Shown here: in pieces, positions 39,982-53,435 of the stretch
Layout: every line of letters starts with the position of its first letter
How positions within the stretch are numbered: the stretch's first letter is position 1
Origin: Styela clava
Taxonomy: Eukaryota
Assembly (NCBI RefSeq): GCF_964204865.1
Contig: NC_135255.1
Span: 9,610,001-9,674,000, forward strand
Reading direction: 5' to 3'
DNA length: 64,000 bases
Notes under the pieces: model-generated
The model's database searches: none
The model's input: only the letters and a program-made list of their open reading frames with translations
Told to the model about the DNA's origin: nothing
Position numbers and translations under genes: made by a program

Positions 39982-42900
39982 TCATTTTTTGTCTAGTAAA
40001 TGGGACCAAGTTCTGCGTCTGTGGGTTGTGTAATTGCGCTGCAGCCGACGTGGGGATCGCCGAGGTCGAGACGTTTGTGAAGCGGTTTCTGGCATCCTTA
40101 CATTGCCTCGTGTAGGCGAAGACGTTGTTTCCGTCTGTGGAAAAGAAGGCGACATATCAGGATATTCAGGTATGCCGTTACTTAGACGTCTTTCTGTACT
40201 CGATGTACGCCACTCTTGCATGGCTGGACTGTTCGATCTCGGAGTGGAATCTCTTGACCACAGCCTGTCTGGTGATTGTGATGCAGTGAAAGAATTTGCT
40301 TGAAATCGGTTTCGCGCAGATAGTCTGCTTGGTTGAAAAGACGTGGTCACGGGTGAAGAGTCTCTCGTTCCCGTCAGTGGAACTCGATAAGCCAATTTTC
40401 CATACGAATCGCCTGTTTTTGGAAATTTCTTTTCCTAAATTTGAACAAAAATACACACAAAATGATTGCACCTGAACTAGTTTAGTAATGCAGTTGCACA
40501 AATATTTCTTGCAAGTTACAGATCCAGTCCAACGATGCCACGTGCTCCACTTGTATGGATGCTTACATTAACCATCTTACCAAAGTACTATATACATCCA
40601 AACTCATAACATAGAATGAATCCCGTTTCATATCCTCACAATAATCATTAACCTCACAACATATATTTGCGACCCAGGGGCGGACAAAGTTTTTTATGCA
40701 AGTGCTGCATTCAGAAAACCTTTTTTTGCAAATGCCCGCATTATTGAGAAAAGTACTTACTGTTTTCGAAAGACCATATTATCATATAGTACCATTAGTT
40801 AAAATTTAATCTGGCTGACATTGTTTAACAGGAGATGAAAAGAAAAACATTATTATTATTTTAGTAATTCATAGTTTAGATGTTTTGAATAAACTTTAAA
40901 AATAAATCTAAATTCAGTTTGCCCATTTCTAATATACGCTTCCTCATAACAGTGTGACAAAGGTGACACGCGGTGTTTTATTTGCGTATAAATATACACA
41001 CCGCACGCCAAATATAGTTATTGACCGAATATAAATAAAATAATCTGGATTATAATAATTTCAAGGCGAAATATCACTCTCTGGTGACACACTGAATTCC
41101 TGCAAGGAACTGCTATTCATCCACCTTACCATCTATTGCGTCACGACGGCGATAAAGAACTTGAATTTAAATTGTTCTCATTTACTTCATTGGGCATGAG
41201 CCGTTTATTAGCTGGATACATATATATAAATATAATAATATACAAGTTCTAAGTAAAAACCATATTAAGCATGCACGCAATGAACGTGAAATAAGCGTGG
41301 AATAAAATACAAAAGTACAAAAAGCAGAAAATCGTATGTATACATGTAGGCGACATTTCATGCTATTACAGAGTATTTTTATTGGCAAAATTGTCCGCCT
41401 TGAATATTTGATTTTCACAGATGCAGTGATCTTGATTTGAATAATTTCTTGATGTGATGATCTTTGGATGCAAAATGAAGGTCGGTATTCACCAGTTTTT
41501 CCACAAGGATTCCTGTGAAATTAGCAAACACCGGATGAGAATGATGAAAAATTACTTTACCATGAACAAATGCGAAGGTCGCATGTCCTGAACATGATGG
41601 GGAATCGATAGAAAATAGTCCAAGATTTTCCATTGTATGTTAAAGATGAAAGTCATAACATGGCGAATCGTGGCCACTCGGCTGATCGATAAATCCGGTC
41701 GGATATAGTAATACATTGCTTAATACATATAATCATATGAAGTTGGTTGACAAATATAGTAGTAATGAATTAGTCACATACTTTCTTTTAATGTTTATTG
41801 CATTCAAATTCTATTTTACTATTACTATTTGACTTATGACGTGTTTCGAATCGTGTATTTCTCGAATGTTTTTGTAACTTTGCAAACGTAAAATTACACA
41901 AGAAAGACCGTTCAGCATCGAAAAATATGCAGTTTTGTTTACAGTTGTCATATGATATTGAGCAAAATATGGAGAAGCAATGATGATGAGATACCTGTAA
42001 CCATTTTAGGTTTGAATATAGTTGCATGCAAATTCGAAGATAGCTTTCTGTGACAAAATTCTATATTTCATGCTCGGTTGAAATAATTTATAATAATAAT
42101 AAAATTTTAGCAATAACTCAAGACTCTATCATGTCTCATCATATTTATGGAGTTGTTTAAAAAGAATTCAGAATCATGAGTTAGAAACCAAACCATAAAC
42201 CGAGCTATAATAAAGCGCCGTCATAAGACCATATCACAAAAAAAGGTTCGCCGCCAAAATACCATAAGGACCCATCCAACTTAGTCGATTCTAGGCCGCG
42301 AAATTATTTTTCTAAGTGAACAGTAGTTGTAACGTCGATACTAAATTAGACTGTTGTACTTATCCAGATATGGGATGCTAGAATCGCATTTATGATTTAA
42401 TGATGGTGATGACACTCATAAACTCAAGCAAAGAAGTAGTTACCTCTTCGCTGTAGCTACGTCGTCTCGCTTCAGCGGAAGAATCCGATTTTGTCGAAGC
42501 TTGCGATCTAGCTCTGGATGCACGTCCTGAAAGATACTTTTCTGCAATAGCTTTTACTTCATCATCCAATTGGTCTAATTGTTTATCATCTGTAAAAATA
42601 TCAATATAATTTCTCAAGGAGCGACGAAAATTTAGCATACAGATGCATTTGAGTATAACTATAGCAATTAACTCGCTAATATAGCAATTAACCCCCAAAT
42701 GTACCTCATTTCATGTTAAAAATATGAAAACAAAGTTAATTTTTTCTAAAATTTAAACAAAGACTTTCGTTTGAATCAAATTAATCCACTTTACAGAAAA
42801 TAACAAGTTTCGTCCGGCCATTATCAAACTGAAATTTATTTTATCACGATATTTAAATAATTATATGTAAGATCCCATCCGTACGATGTTTATAATTACC

Positions 42901-45900
42901 CATATTGAGCTAATAAGAGTTTCTGTTTATAACGTGAATCACGAGCTCAAGTTTACAGTATTTAATTAGATGTATGATCGACGTATAAATACGACTCCGA
43001 TATCTTTCGATAGTTACGATGTAAATGATTCTATGCTAGTCTGGATAAATGTTTTAAGATTTGTATTTTGTGTATCGTGGAAATCTGAGAATAAAATCAA
43101 ACAGAGTTTTCTAAAGTTTCTTCATTAACGTGGGCATTGAAGCTGAAGGGTGAACGGGCGACTGGCAGTTCTGAGACGGTCTACGAAATAGCAATATACG
43201 GTGACATCACATTCATTTACCATTTATATATTCTATATACCCAGCAAATTAAAACATTCTCATATTGAAATTGCTACTAACTTTCATTTTTGTTAATACT
43301 ATTTCTGATTTGATTTTCGCTTACCATCAAAAGATACATTTGATTCCCTTCGATCCGAACCGGTATAATCGCTTCGTGATGTCACTGATAAAACGTCATC
43401 GTCATCCGTGCGTGTAACTCTGGCAGCTGCAACGACTTCTTCAGCGTCGTCTGCTTTAGGAAGTAGAAGTTTTGCTTGAAAAACATCTCCAGAGTGAGTG
43501 GTTGACGCAGCGGACGACGTAACTTCTGAATCACATGACGCCTGGTCACTGGTTGTCTCATAATCTTCTGATCCAATTTCTTCATCCTCTCCTAGATAAA
43601 ATGATAAAATATTACGATTTGATCACCGTCAAAGCTGCCTTTGTGTTTATTTCAAGATGGCCTGAAAAAAAAACTCGAAAATTTCATAAAACTTGGACTT
43701 CTGTTTGTGTATAATTGATGACCAAATATTCAGTAATCTAGAACTCTTCGCACCACTCAGCTGTGTTCTCTCTAGATTCTAGAATATTCCAATTGGCCAG
43801 GGGTACCCTGTAGTTCGAGGTTCAAATCTTGATTTTTTATAAAATCTGTCAGATGCTACTGTTAGCCCATTATTCTCGGCAAAGCTGGTTATATGCTAGG
43901 GCCTAGTGGTTAATGCGTTGTATCATCGTAGCCTAAAAATACGGTAAGCAAAGCAGAACAGAAAAGATTCCGTTCTTTACAAAATATAGTAGCTTCCTGC
44001 ATATCAGTGTCTTCTTATATATGTGATCTTATTCGAACTGAACAGCGCCTAAAGGCTCCTTGCACATCAGTGTTTGAATATACAGGGCTTTGTTCGAAGT
44101 GAAAACGCGTACAAACATGGTGATAAAAATAATTTATAAATTCGTCATTAAATCTAATATTCAAGGATGTAGCCACAATTTTATGGAACCAAACTATCCG
44201 CAGTGACCAGCAATGGTCAGTCTTAACTAAAATACTAAAATGCGTCAACAGTTCCTACATCAGATTAATATTCAAATATTCGCAACCCAACTTACAGATT
44301 CTGATTGCATAATGGGGATATAAATATATTTCAAATTCAAAAATGTTTACCTCTAGCTGGAAAATTGATACGCGATAAATATTTTGCATGGTTTGAAAAA
44401 TCTACCGCAAACATTCCCATCTGGTGTATGTCCGCAGGTGGTTTCCTCACGTCAGTGGCTTTTGCTGTCGAAGTCACTCTGAAATGCAACATTTTGATTG
44501 GATGGTTTATTTAGGGGAGTGGTTTCTGTGGTGAACTGTTTGTCGTCGTCGCCTCGTGGGTAGATAGACAGGTGACGACAAGCAAAAACTTTGTCTTTGC
44601 CTCATTCGACGGCAAAGGCAGCAGTATTTATTAAAATGAATAAAACGTTATGGCCGTTGTTAAGACCATCTTCAATATAAATATATAACTGATTTTATCT
44701 TCGCTTGATTCATTTCAGTGGGAGAATCGGGCAATCAAACAGGATTTCATTCTGTTTAGTTTGGTCAGAAACTTCTTATAAGGATACAGAGGAGGTCGGA
44801 GCTCAAATTTTAGTCAACGCTGCATAACGGAGGCTCGATCGCGAACAAATACTCTGCGTGGCATACATGTACCGATGTAAATGAATGAACTGCGCTATGG
44901 CCAATATCAATCCTAGTTAAGTCATTTAATTTAGGAAGAATGCGCGGCGTGCGTAATGGACGGCTTTCGATATACAAAACCATGCGTCAAACGTTATCTT
45001 TCTGCGTATGACGTGACGCTGTCAAAGTCATTTGTGGTTCACTGCGATATGAAATCCAGGCCCATGGGACGATTTCCACCTTTAAACGATTATAATTAGA
45101 ACACAAAATGCCTTTCATATCTCGAACGGGAGCTTTGTTTAACATTTCTAGATTGTTCCAATTCATGTCACTGTACGTTTGATAAAAAAAATATTTTCAA
45201 ATTCTTCACATTATTATGAAATTGACCAAATTTTAATGTAATATAAAAAGTTTCTTGTCATGCCCACTGTTTTTTTTTTTATATAGAAGTCATGCAAAAC
45301 AAACAGTCGAACTTATATTAGTTTTTCCAATGCGTGGACGCGTGGGTCCCCCCCCCCCCTGTTAGACCGATGGGCGTGTACCCGGCGCCAATTGGTTGCA
45401 AAGATCTTCACTGGATGTCATTTGTCATGACCGCGGCGTTAATATAGAGTAAATCGACTACGATTTGTTTAATTCTTAGACCGTATTGCATTTTCTGTTT
45501 TGCTTTCGTTTGTTAACTTTCTAATATTGAACGCGGCGACTAACAAAACTGACAAAAAGGTGTTAAAGGAAAACCCTGATCGGTGGGCCAATATGTAAAA
45601 GGTATCCAATATAAACACACGTAATAAAGAAAAATAAATGTTGTCAGGTAAAAATAAAGCTGGTTATTTGGCAGTGTTACCCATGATGGCAATAATGAAT
45701 ATACAATATTGACAAGGTAAAATTCAGCAGAAGGTTGTCGAATGGTGTTTGTTGCACGACAACTCCAAACGCTTCAGTGAAACATGTATTTTAAAATACA
45801 GTGAGCGTTTTCAAATAAAATGTCTGTACAAACCTGTTGATTAAATCACGACTGACTGATAAAAATTGAGCAGCGTTGGGTTCTTCCAACAACGACAAAG

Positions 45901-48625
45901 CTTCTTCGACAAGTTTACTTGAAGATTCGAGTTGACTGCCGTATTGTTTCAGCATACTTTGCAAAATCTATAAGGATGAATTGGATAAACTCAATGTGCT
46001 TGATAATTTTACGTAAACTCATTGATGGGCTATATTGTTACAGTATTATTATTTTTTTTAAAATGAACTATGATTACTTGAACGGTTTGAAAATTGAAAA
46101 GCAATAATCAGTGGGGTTGTATCAGAACCTGATTAATTTTAATTCTGTTTTCGATTTGTATGCAAAGTGCAAACGAATATGAACAAATCGCGCACCGACG
46201 TGCAAAATTGCCGGAGTGCGTTATAGAATTATTATTTTGAAAGCGTTTATGGTCATCTGCTATTCACTATCAAAAATTTTTGATAAAGGGTCGTATAGAC
46301 AGACCTATGTGAAAGGCCGAAAGAAATATAAACAGATTTATTTTTTATATAATTTAATGCTTTCGTGATTAATTTAAATCGTGAAGCGCCTATGGGTATG
46401 CGCCCAGTGGTGGGATTCTGCCGGTTCGCACCGGTTCTATAGAACCATCTCACGGAATTTTATGAGATCAGCGAACCGGTTGACATTACTGGTTATTGTC
46501 AATATTCTGTTTGTAACATCTACCTTATGTTTGTAGCAGAACCGGCTGAAAAATATGACTTTTGTGAAGGAACCGGCTGACAAAAAATATGAATCCCACC
46601 ACTGTATGCGACCCTACCTCAGCCATACTCGTGCTAATATACGTGCGTGTGACAAATAAACACTTTTACCTCTGTTTTTTCCTGTGTTAATGCTTTGACT
46701 TTGCTCAACATAGCTTGTTTCCTTTGTTCGAGAACAGCATAAAGCTTATCAAAAGATGCACATACATCACTTTGTACGGTTTTGCTGTTTTCCTGAATTC
46801 AGAACAAAGATTATTCAAAAAAAAAAAGAAAAGAAATACAATAATACAATACAATAATTGATGTTGAAACAAATGCAATATATAATATATATATTAAATC
46901 CTTAAAATGGCAAATATTAAAAAGAGCTAATCGAATAAAAGAGAATATAGACCTAGGGATATATTTCAGGGATTGGACTATTTTGTTCAAACACCACTTT
47001 CTTATCATTTTAATTCAACCTCATCATTCAAACTAAATCATTTATCGTTTTCTTTAAAAGACGATGATTAGACTGATTGCAGTTCAAATTTCTCAGTAAC
47101 CGTAAGTCATCCGATGTTGATCTTTAGTTGCCCCTTCTCGAATGGGTATACATTTCTTTTTACTTTCTTTTTTGCAATTTCGACAACTTACCCTAAGGGC
47201 CTAAGCTTTATTCTTTATCAACAAAAACCCGAAAACTTCTATTTAAGAGGGTCACAAGAGGGTCGAAATATGCCATATAGACCGAATAATTTGTAATGAA
47301 AGCTGTAAAAAGTCATATGTCAATTGCAACTTACCTCTGTCTTAACAGTCAGTTCTTCTGTTTTGGAAATTATTGTTTGAAGACGATCATTTCCAGCCAC
47401 CAACATCGCAATCGCTCCACTGACTTCAGACTGAAAAGTTTAACATTTGCCGTATAAAAGTTAAAACTATTATCCAAAAGCTTGAATCAATCTATTATAG
47501 ATAGATTACTATAGCTTACAAATACTACAAGTACAAATTATTAGTTTAAACATATTGAGAAAAAAAATAAATGTAATAAAAGATTTGATTCGGGACACTA
47601 GAAACCAACTTGGTTATTGCGTCGCCCTGTCAGTCCACGGGATAATTTGTGGCCATGGATATCAGCTTTAGACTCCACGTATTTTGGAGCATAGAAGTAT
47701 TAAAATTTTCTAAAGCTTTCCAACGGGGAATTATTACGAAAGACAATATATATAGTATAACTATAGTATATAGTATATACCTTATGATCTTTGTACACTT
47801 TTTCAACAGGGAAGACTGTGCATTCTTGATGCTGTCCAAATACTTTGCACATAGAACAAGTTGGTTTTTGACACGTCACACAGAAAATGTTCAGTTTCTC
47901 CTCCTCGTGCTCTTCGCACATGAGAACCTAAATATTGTATATTGATTTATTGGGATAGAGCGTGGAAATATAACCAGAGATGTACATTCATTATAAAAAA
48001 AAAACTAAAGCTTCGTCAGCCATTGCAGTTATGTCCAATTTTTAAAGATCAATTATTTCTTTTATCACATAACGAAGAAAGTAAACGTCAATTTTTGAAT
48101 CGTGTTAAGAGTATGACAGAATTTCGGGTACCATTTTCGAGAGACTTCGGACTTGGCGTCAGTCGCACTTCATTGGTACATACACAATCATATAAGAGCG
48201 AAGTCCGTGGATTGACTTACCTCGACTTTACGGAATGGCTTTTTGCTTTCTGACTGATACATATCGATAATATTTTCAACAAGTAAATTGCGCTGCAATC
48301 CATAAACTCCATGTCTGTCCAACATAACTTCATATCTGCAGGTTGGGCATCTGAAAATATCAGACAAAGTAAGCCAAAGTTATATTTAAGCTACTTTCTC
48401 ATTTTATATTGCATTTGCCTACCTAAATCGACCGCCAGATCCCATCGGTGTCCCTCTGTTTTGAAAAACATCATTTGCACATTTTCTACAGAGATTGTGC
48501 TGACATGGTAGGATAACGACGGGTTTGCTATAAACTTCAAGACAAATTGGGCAACTCAGAAGCCTTTCAACTTCGGCTTCATAATCTACTCCCGGACCTT
48601 TCGACAGCATTCGTAAGGCTTCCAT
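39982..48625 (-). CDS. MuRF-type RBCC/TRIM E3 ubiquitin ligase (TRIM54/55/63-like); long isoform ~608 aa
   Basis: Exons 48625-48423, 48350-48221, 47927-47781, 47430-47335, 46792-46670, 45967-45834, 44478-44351, 43591-43325, 42589-42444, 40434-39982 (1827 nt, phases consistent). [34 protein letters not shown], MuRF-conserved [23 protein letters not shown]-box2 [26 protein letters not shown], coiled coil, COS-like box and acidic tail. The last two exons are less certain. Confidence 0.88.
43125..43180 (-). CDS. Alternative short terminal exon of the MuRF-like TRIM ([18 protein letters not shown]), isoform ~427 aa
   Basis: Acceptor TTTCGTAG|AC is in phase 1 with the exon ending at 43325; TAA at 43125-43127. 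Confidence 0.5.
46405..46604. mobile_element. hAT MITE in a TRIM intron
   Basis: TIR CAGTGGTGGGATTC / GAATCCCACCACTG, TSD TATGCGCC/TATGCGAC, GAACCGG repeats. Confidence 0.9.
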
Positions 48626-50444
48626 CTCAAACCAATGTATATATAATATAAATCTATCCGGTTAAAATGTCGTTCTTTGCTATTATATAATAAAAATAGG
48701 GATGATACATTTTTCCAGCCACCACCGATTCGATATCAAATCACGCTGATGCAAAAATACGGCGATACATTAAATATGGCTTCATGCTATATTGACTAAT
48801 GACTCAATAGGTATTGATGACGTAACAATTCAAAATCCACTATTTACTTTCAAATTTCCCAGTTTAAAGTAGTGATTTTGAACTGCAGAACACTTCTAGA
48901 TAATATATATATTTGTATATATCAAATGAAAATAACTGGTCTAGTTCACTTCTTACTTCACAGACCATTACCAAACTCAAAAGGGATTGTGTTTTTACGA
49001 AAATAAAATAATACAATCAAACGAGTGAATATCAAAGCCGTTGGTAATCAAAGAACTACAAGTTGAAAAAAATGATATATACATTATGAGTTCGCGATTT
49101 TAAACAATAAAAACAATTTGGTCAAATGGGAAAAATGGGTACTTTTCAATACAATACGGATTCCCGGCCTGTGACGCGGTGTTGCTAGTCACACGATCAA
49201 AACACCTTATTTGACTTCCCTATATTTTTGGATAAATGTGAAAAACCAACCCTATCCACCCTTTCATCTGCCTCTGTCCGACCAAACAAACAGCTCAAAT
49301 TAAAAAATGTGTCACTTGTGATAGGCAAAATATAACTTATCAAACTAAGAGTCAAAACGAATTTGCCTGCGTCGATATTAGTTAGCTAAGTTCTGTAAAG
49401 CACCTCCGCGTTGTCTACATCCTAATGACTAAAACTAATTAGTTTTTGAAGTATTCTTCCGGATTACGAACTTTTTCTAATGTTGAAATAACATCATCGT
49501 CATCGATCATGTCACACCATCTTCCCAATAAATCGGATGATTCGACAGCAAGAAAGGCTCGTTCGTTAATTGTTTTTGCAACTTCGATCGACAGCTGAAC
49601 AGACTGAAAAGTGTGATTGTGTGACGTAGCTAACGACTCGATTGAGATGACGTCGAATCATAACCCTGGGGAATGTCTGAAACACTTCATCGCATAGGCA
49701 TCAAATGACAAGTACGAACCATAGCAAATTCTCACCCTAGCTCTTTGTTTCCAACCAGCCGACCTCCAAGTTGACAATAGGTTACAATACAAGATAATGT
49801 ATTAAAATTTATTTGATTGTCGTCAGAAGAGATAGGAAATGGTAATTTAACGCTTGAAATTCACTTGTACGAGGCAGTTCTTAATCTTGAAAAACGAAAA
49901 AAATTTGAGATTTCTGAAATAATTTTCGACACTAACTTCAACAAGACTTCGCTGATGTAAGCTGACTTGAAAACTACCGTTCCCATTACCTTTACGCCTG
50001 AATAATGCATTAATTATAACTATCGTGCTCTTGATTACGACCGACTGGCAATCGTCAAACGAAGGGGAATGACACGATAGTAACAGATAACTAAAGTCTG
50101 ATGGTGCGAATAGAAGTTGCAAACTACTTGACGCCGTATTCTAATTCAGCTGCCACCACAACAGTCGGGATTTGAACGTAATGAACTTTCCAAAGTTATC
50201 GTTGAATATAAGGGAACCCAATATCGAAGCCACTGAGAGGGGAAATTATCAAAAAATAGTGATCTGTTGCAATTGAATAAGCGTACTAAATCTTACCATA
50301 CCTTCTTGAAAAAGTAATTATCGGAAAATCTATCACAATGATTCCATGACAAGTTTATGTATACTATTTCATTGGACAGATACCTACTTTGACTATAGTG
50401 CAATGATTAGACAGAGAATATGCGCATGTACTCTTGAGTCTTGA

Positions 50445-50593
50445 TGACAATATGGTCAATGAAGACGGCCGAGATGGCTTTAAATGTAGGCCTATGTAGT
50501 AAAATCGGAAACTGTAAAGTTACAGGATCGCAGCTAAGGGGTCGTGTTTTTGGAGGCGTCCGACTTTGAAGTCAAAAAAATATGGTAACCCTA
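50445..50593. mobile_element. Right-end fragment of the MITE family seen at 36694-37152
   Basis: CAATATGGTCAATGAAGACG...GGAGGCGTCC...AAAAAAATATGGTAACCCTA is shared with 37022-37152. Confidence 0.75.
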
Positions 50594-53435
50594 GGAATGA
50601 TCAAGAACTTTGTAGGGTTCGTGCTGTTGTTCCCTAAACTCCGCGTACCAAGACTACTCTCCCTTATTCCTGTCCGCTTTCAAGTCTCTGATAAAATGTG
50701 CAAGATCTTTGTAGTATGTTGTATCATTAAAGCCATGATAAAAACATAAAATAGATATTCAAAACACTAAAGGAACTTAATTGAGTTGCGGTGATAGAGG
50801 TAGTTGGGCTGCGTGAGAGTCGAGCGTTGTAGGTCGAGTGTCGTAATCGAGCGTCAGGAATCCAGTGTCGTAATTTGTAAGATTCGAAAAATCCAAAAAC
50901 GTGGCAGCGCGTCACGGGTCATGTGACCCTAGATGTCGCTATAATTTACTAATACATCTTTCAACATATTACCTCTGTGTCCCAATTACAAAACAATTCA
51001 CTACCAATCTGGAAATCCATTCAAGTATTTTTACAATACTGCAATTAGTAGAACTACTTGAACGAGTTTCAAATAGCCAAGAACGGGCCTAGAATTATCT
51101 TACAATCTAAATTTAACCTAAGGAGCGAGCGAGGTTCGTCCTGACTGGGATCAGATGCTAGACTTGAGCCATACCCAAGCGAACACACTCCTTGTTCCGA
51201 CCTTCAACGTTAGGTCAGTCGCTTTGTTTCTATGCGCGTGATGTCGGCCAGGTCTGCAGAGGGAAAACTCACTCCAGCCCACGTTAAAAATTTGGCGTAT
51301 GAAACAATTATTGAAGTGTGTTAGACATTCTTGGTCAATCTAATGCGTCGAAAATTCAAATTGCCACCATTAGATCTCAGTAATTGAGGCCTAAATTGAC
51401 TAAACAACAAGTCAAATTTCGACTCCACATTCCAGTTGTCGGCTTATTCTACGCAAGAAGAGACATTATCGAAAAACTAGTGGTGATGGCAGAGGTGCTT
51501 CATTTCCGAGCCTTCAGAAGGCCTGCACAATTGTTAATGAAAGTTGCTATTAGTTCAAGACAGATTAGACAGATCACGAGTTAATGAATACAGCTTTATA
51601 TATATATAGCATGGTAGCATAAATAAAATAGTTCCCCATATTGCGATTCATGTTTAGAAATTGACTACACCAACTCCATTGACTTGGCATTTAGTGTTAC
51701 TCAGTTTATTCAACGTCTTCATCAACAATACCAATAATCAGACACAATAACATGATAAATATCTTGTGAGCGTTAATAAAACCATTAAAATAATATTATA
51801 ATCTATTATTGCATCACATGTGTATGTGCGTTGTATAGATACCGTATAGAAATTGCTACACAAAAGCAAATAATGGGAAACATAAATTATATATATATGT
51901 CGTTAATGACAAGACAAAGAGCATCAAAAGGCAATTGCAATTAAACTTACTCATATAGCTGATGATTGGACCTTACCAAAATTAAAAAAAAATAATAGAA
52001 TTTCTTACTATTGAACTGTAATAGTAATTTAATTCTGAATAACAAGAGCATAAAAATCCAAATAAACCAATACTCATTAATATGCATATTCCTACATAAT
52101 ACAACATTTCAATTTTCCTATAATTAACAAACTCCTATATCAAAACATATTTCAGAATTTAGAAAAAAAAGTAAAACGACATATGCACTTTTAGACTATG
52201 TGTATGTACGGATTGTGCTGGTGATTGAATTGCATTTAACGCTATGTTGGCAAAATAAAATTGTCAATTAGGGAATGCGCTATGTATGAGGAAAGTAAAA
52301 CAGAAGTGTACCTTATGCACAGAACCAAGCAAAAAATTCTAATAAGTAACACTTGAAATATGAGCTGGGTATAACATGTTAAATAAGAATAGCTTGATAA
52401 GTTACAAAATATTAATGCTTTCGGCCAAATCAAAGTAAACTATTTAACAACAGCTATAATGAAAAGTCGTATTTCAAATACATTTTCAAGTTTTTGAAGA
52501 TATCTAATATTAATATTTTGTATTTTTTGTCTGATTTCTGAAATGAAACATTCAACCATGCTCTTGGTAAAAATGCTAGATTGAAAAAAAAAAGTTGTCT
52601 ACTGCAGGTTTGAAATTTTTAAAATTCAATTTAGGCCTTACAATCTAGACTACAATTATTGGTATTTGTTCCGGGATAAATATACATAAAGTCAAATACC
52701 AATTTTCAGATTTCATAGAGAACAAAATGTAATAGAAGCTTATAGACACAAATGGTGACTGGGTAAAAAAATTTCAAATCCTCTCACACCCACCGTACAA
52801 CCATAATTATAGCCAGGCATAATATTTTTAAGGTAAATTATGTTAACGTTAACTTTAAAATACAAAATGTAACCATTATCCAAGACCAAATTGGATGCAC
52901 CCCAAGTGCTTCATTGTAAAAAATTCTTTCCAAAGGGTATCCTGTGAACAGAACTACAGGTTTTCAGACACAAACGATTTACGATATACACCACCTATGA
53001 AATAAAATAGATATAAAAGGACATAATTACAAAACATTGCAATATATACATAATAGATTGAAAAACACCAGCCTGAATATGGTATTTATTTATAACTAAG
53101 GCACATATGATCTAAATTCAATAGTTAAGAGTGAATATAGAAATGAGGATTGTTAGTATTGAAGAAGTTTGGAATTAGCTACTTGATAATGACGCTGTAG
53201 AGAGATTCTCAAAGAAAATCCATTTCCTATTTGAAAAAATGCTGTTCTTAGTAAAAATTTTTGATTTCTAATTTTCGCAATGAAATGAAAACTTGTGTCA
53301 AATTACTTCATTCTTATAAGAGGAATTTGGCATGAATTAAGTAAACATTATTATATTCTTGATGTGCTTAGATTAGCTAATTAAGCCTCCATCTTAAATA
53401 CTTCTTCTCTTGTCGCAAAGCATTCATCTTGAAGG

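Noticed and set aside
39982-40501. Possible LTR-retrotransposon pol tail
   Set aside because: No integrase or RT motifs; a clean acceptor at 40435-40436 puts it in phase with the TRIM gene.
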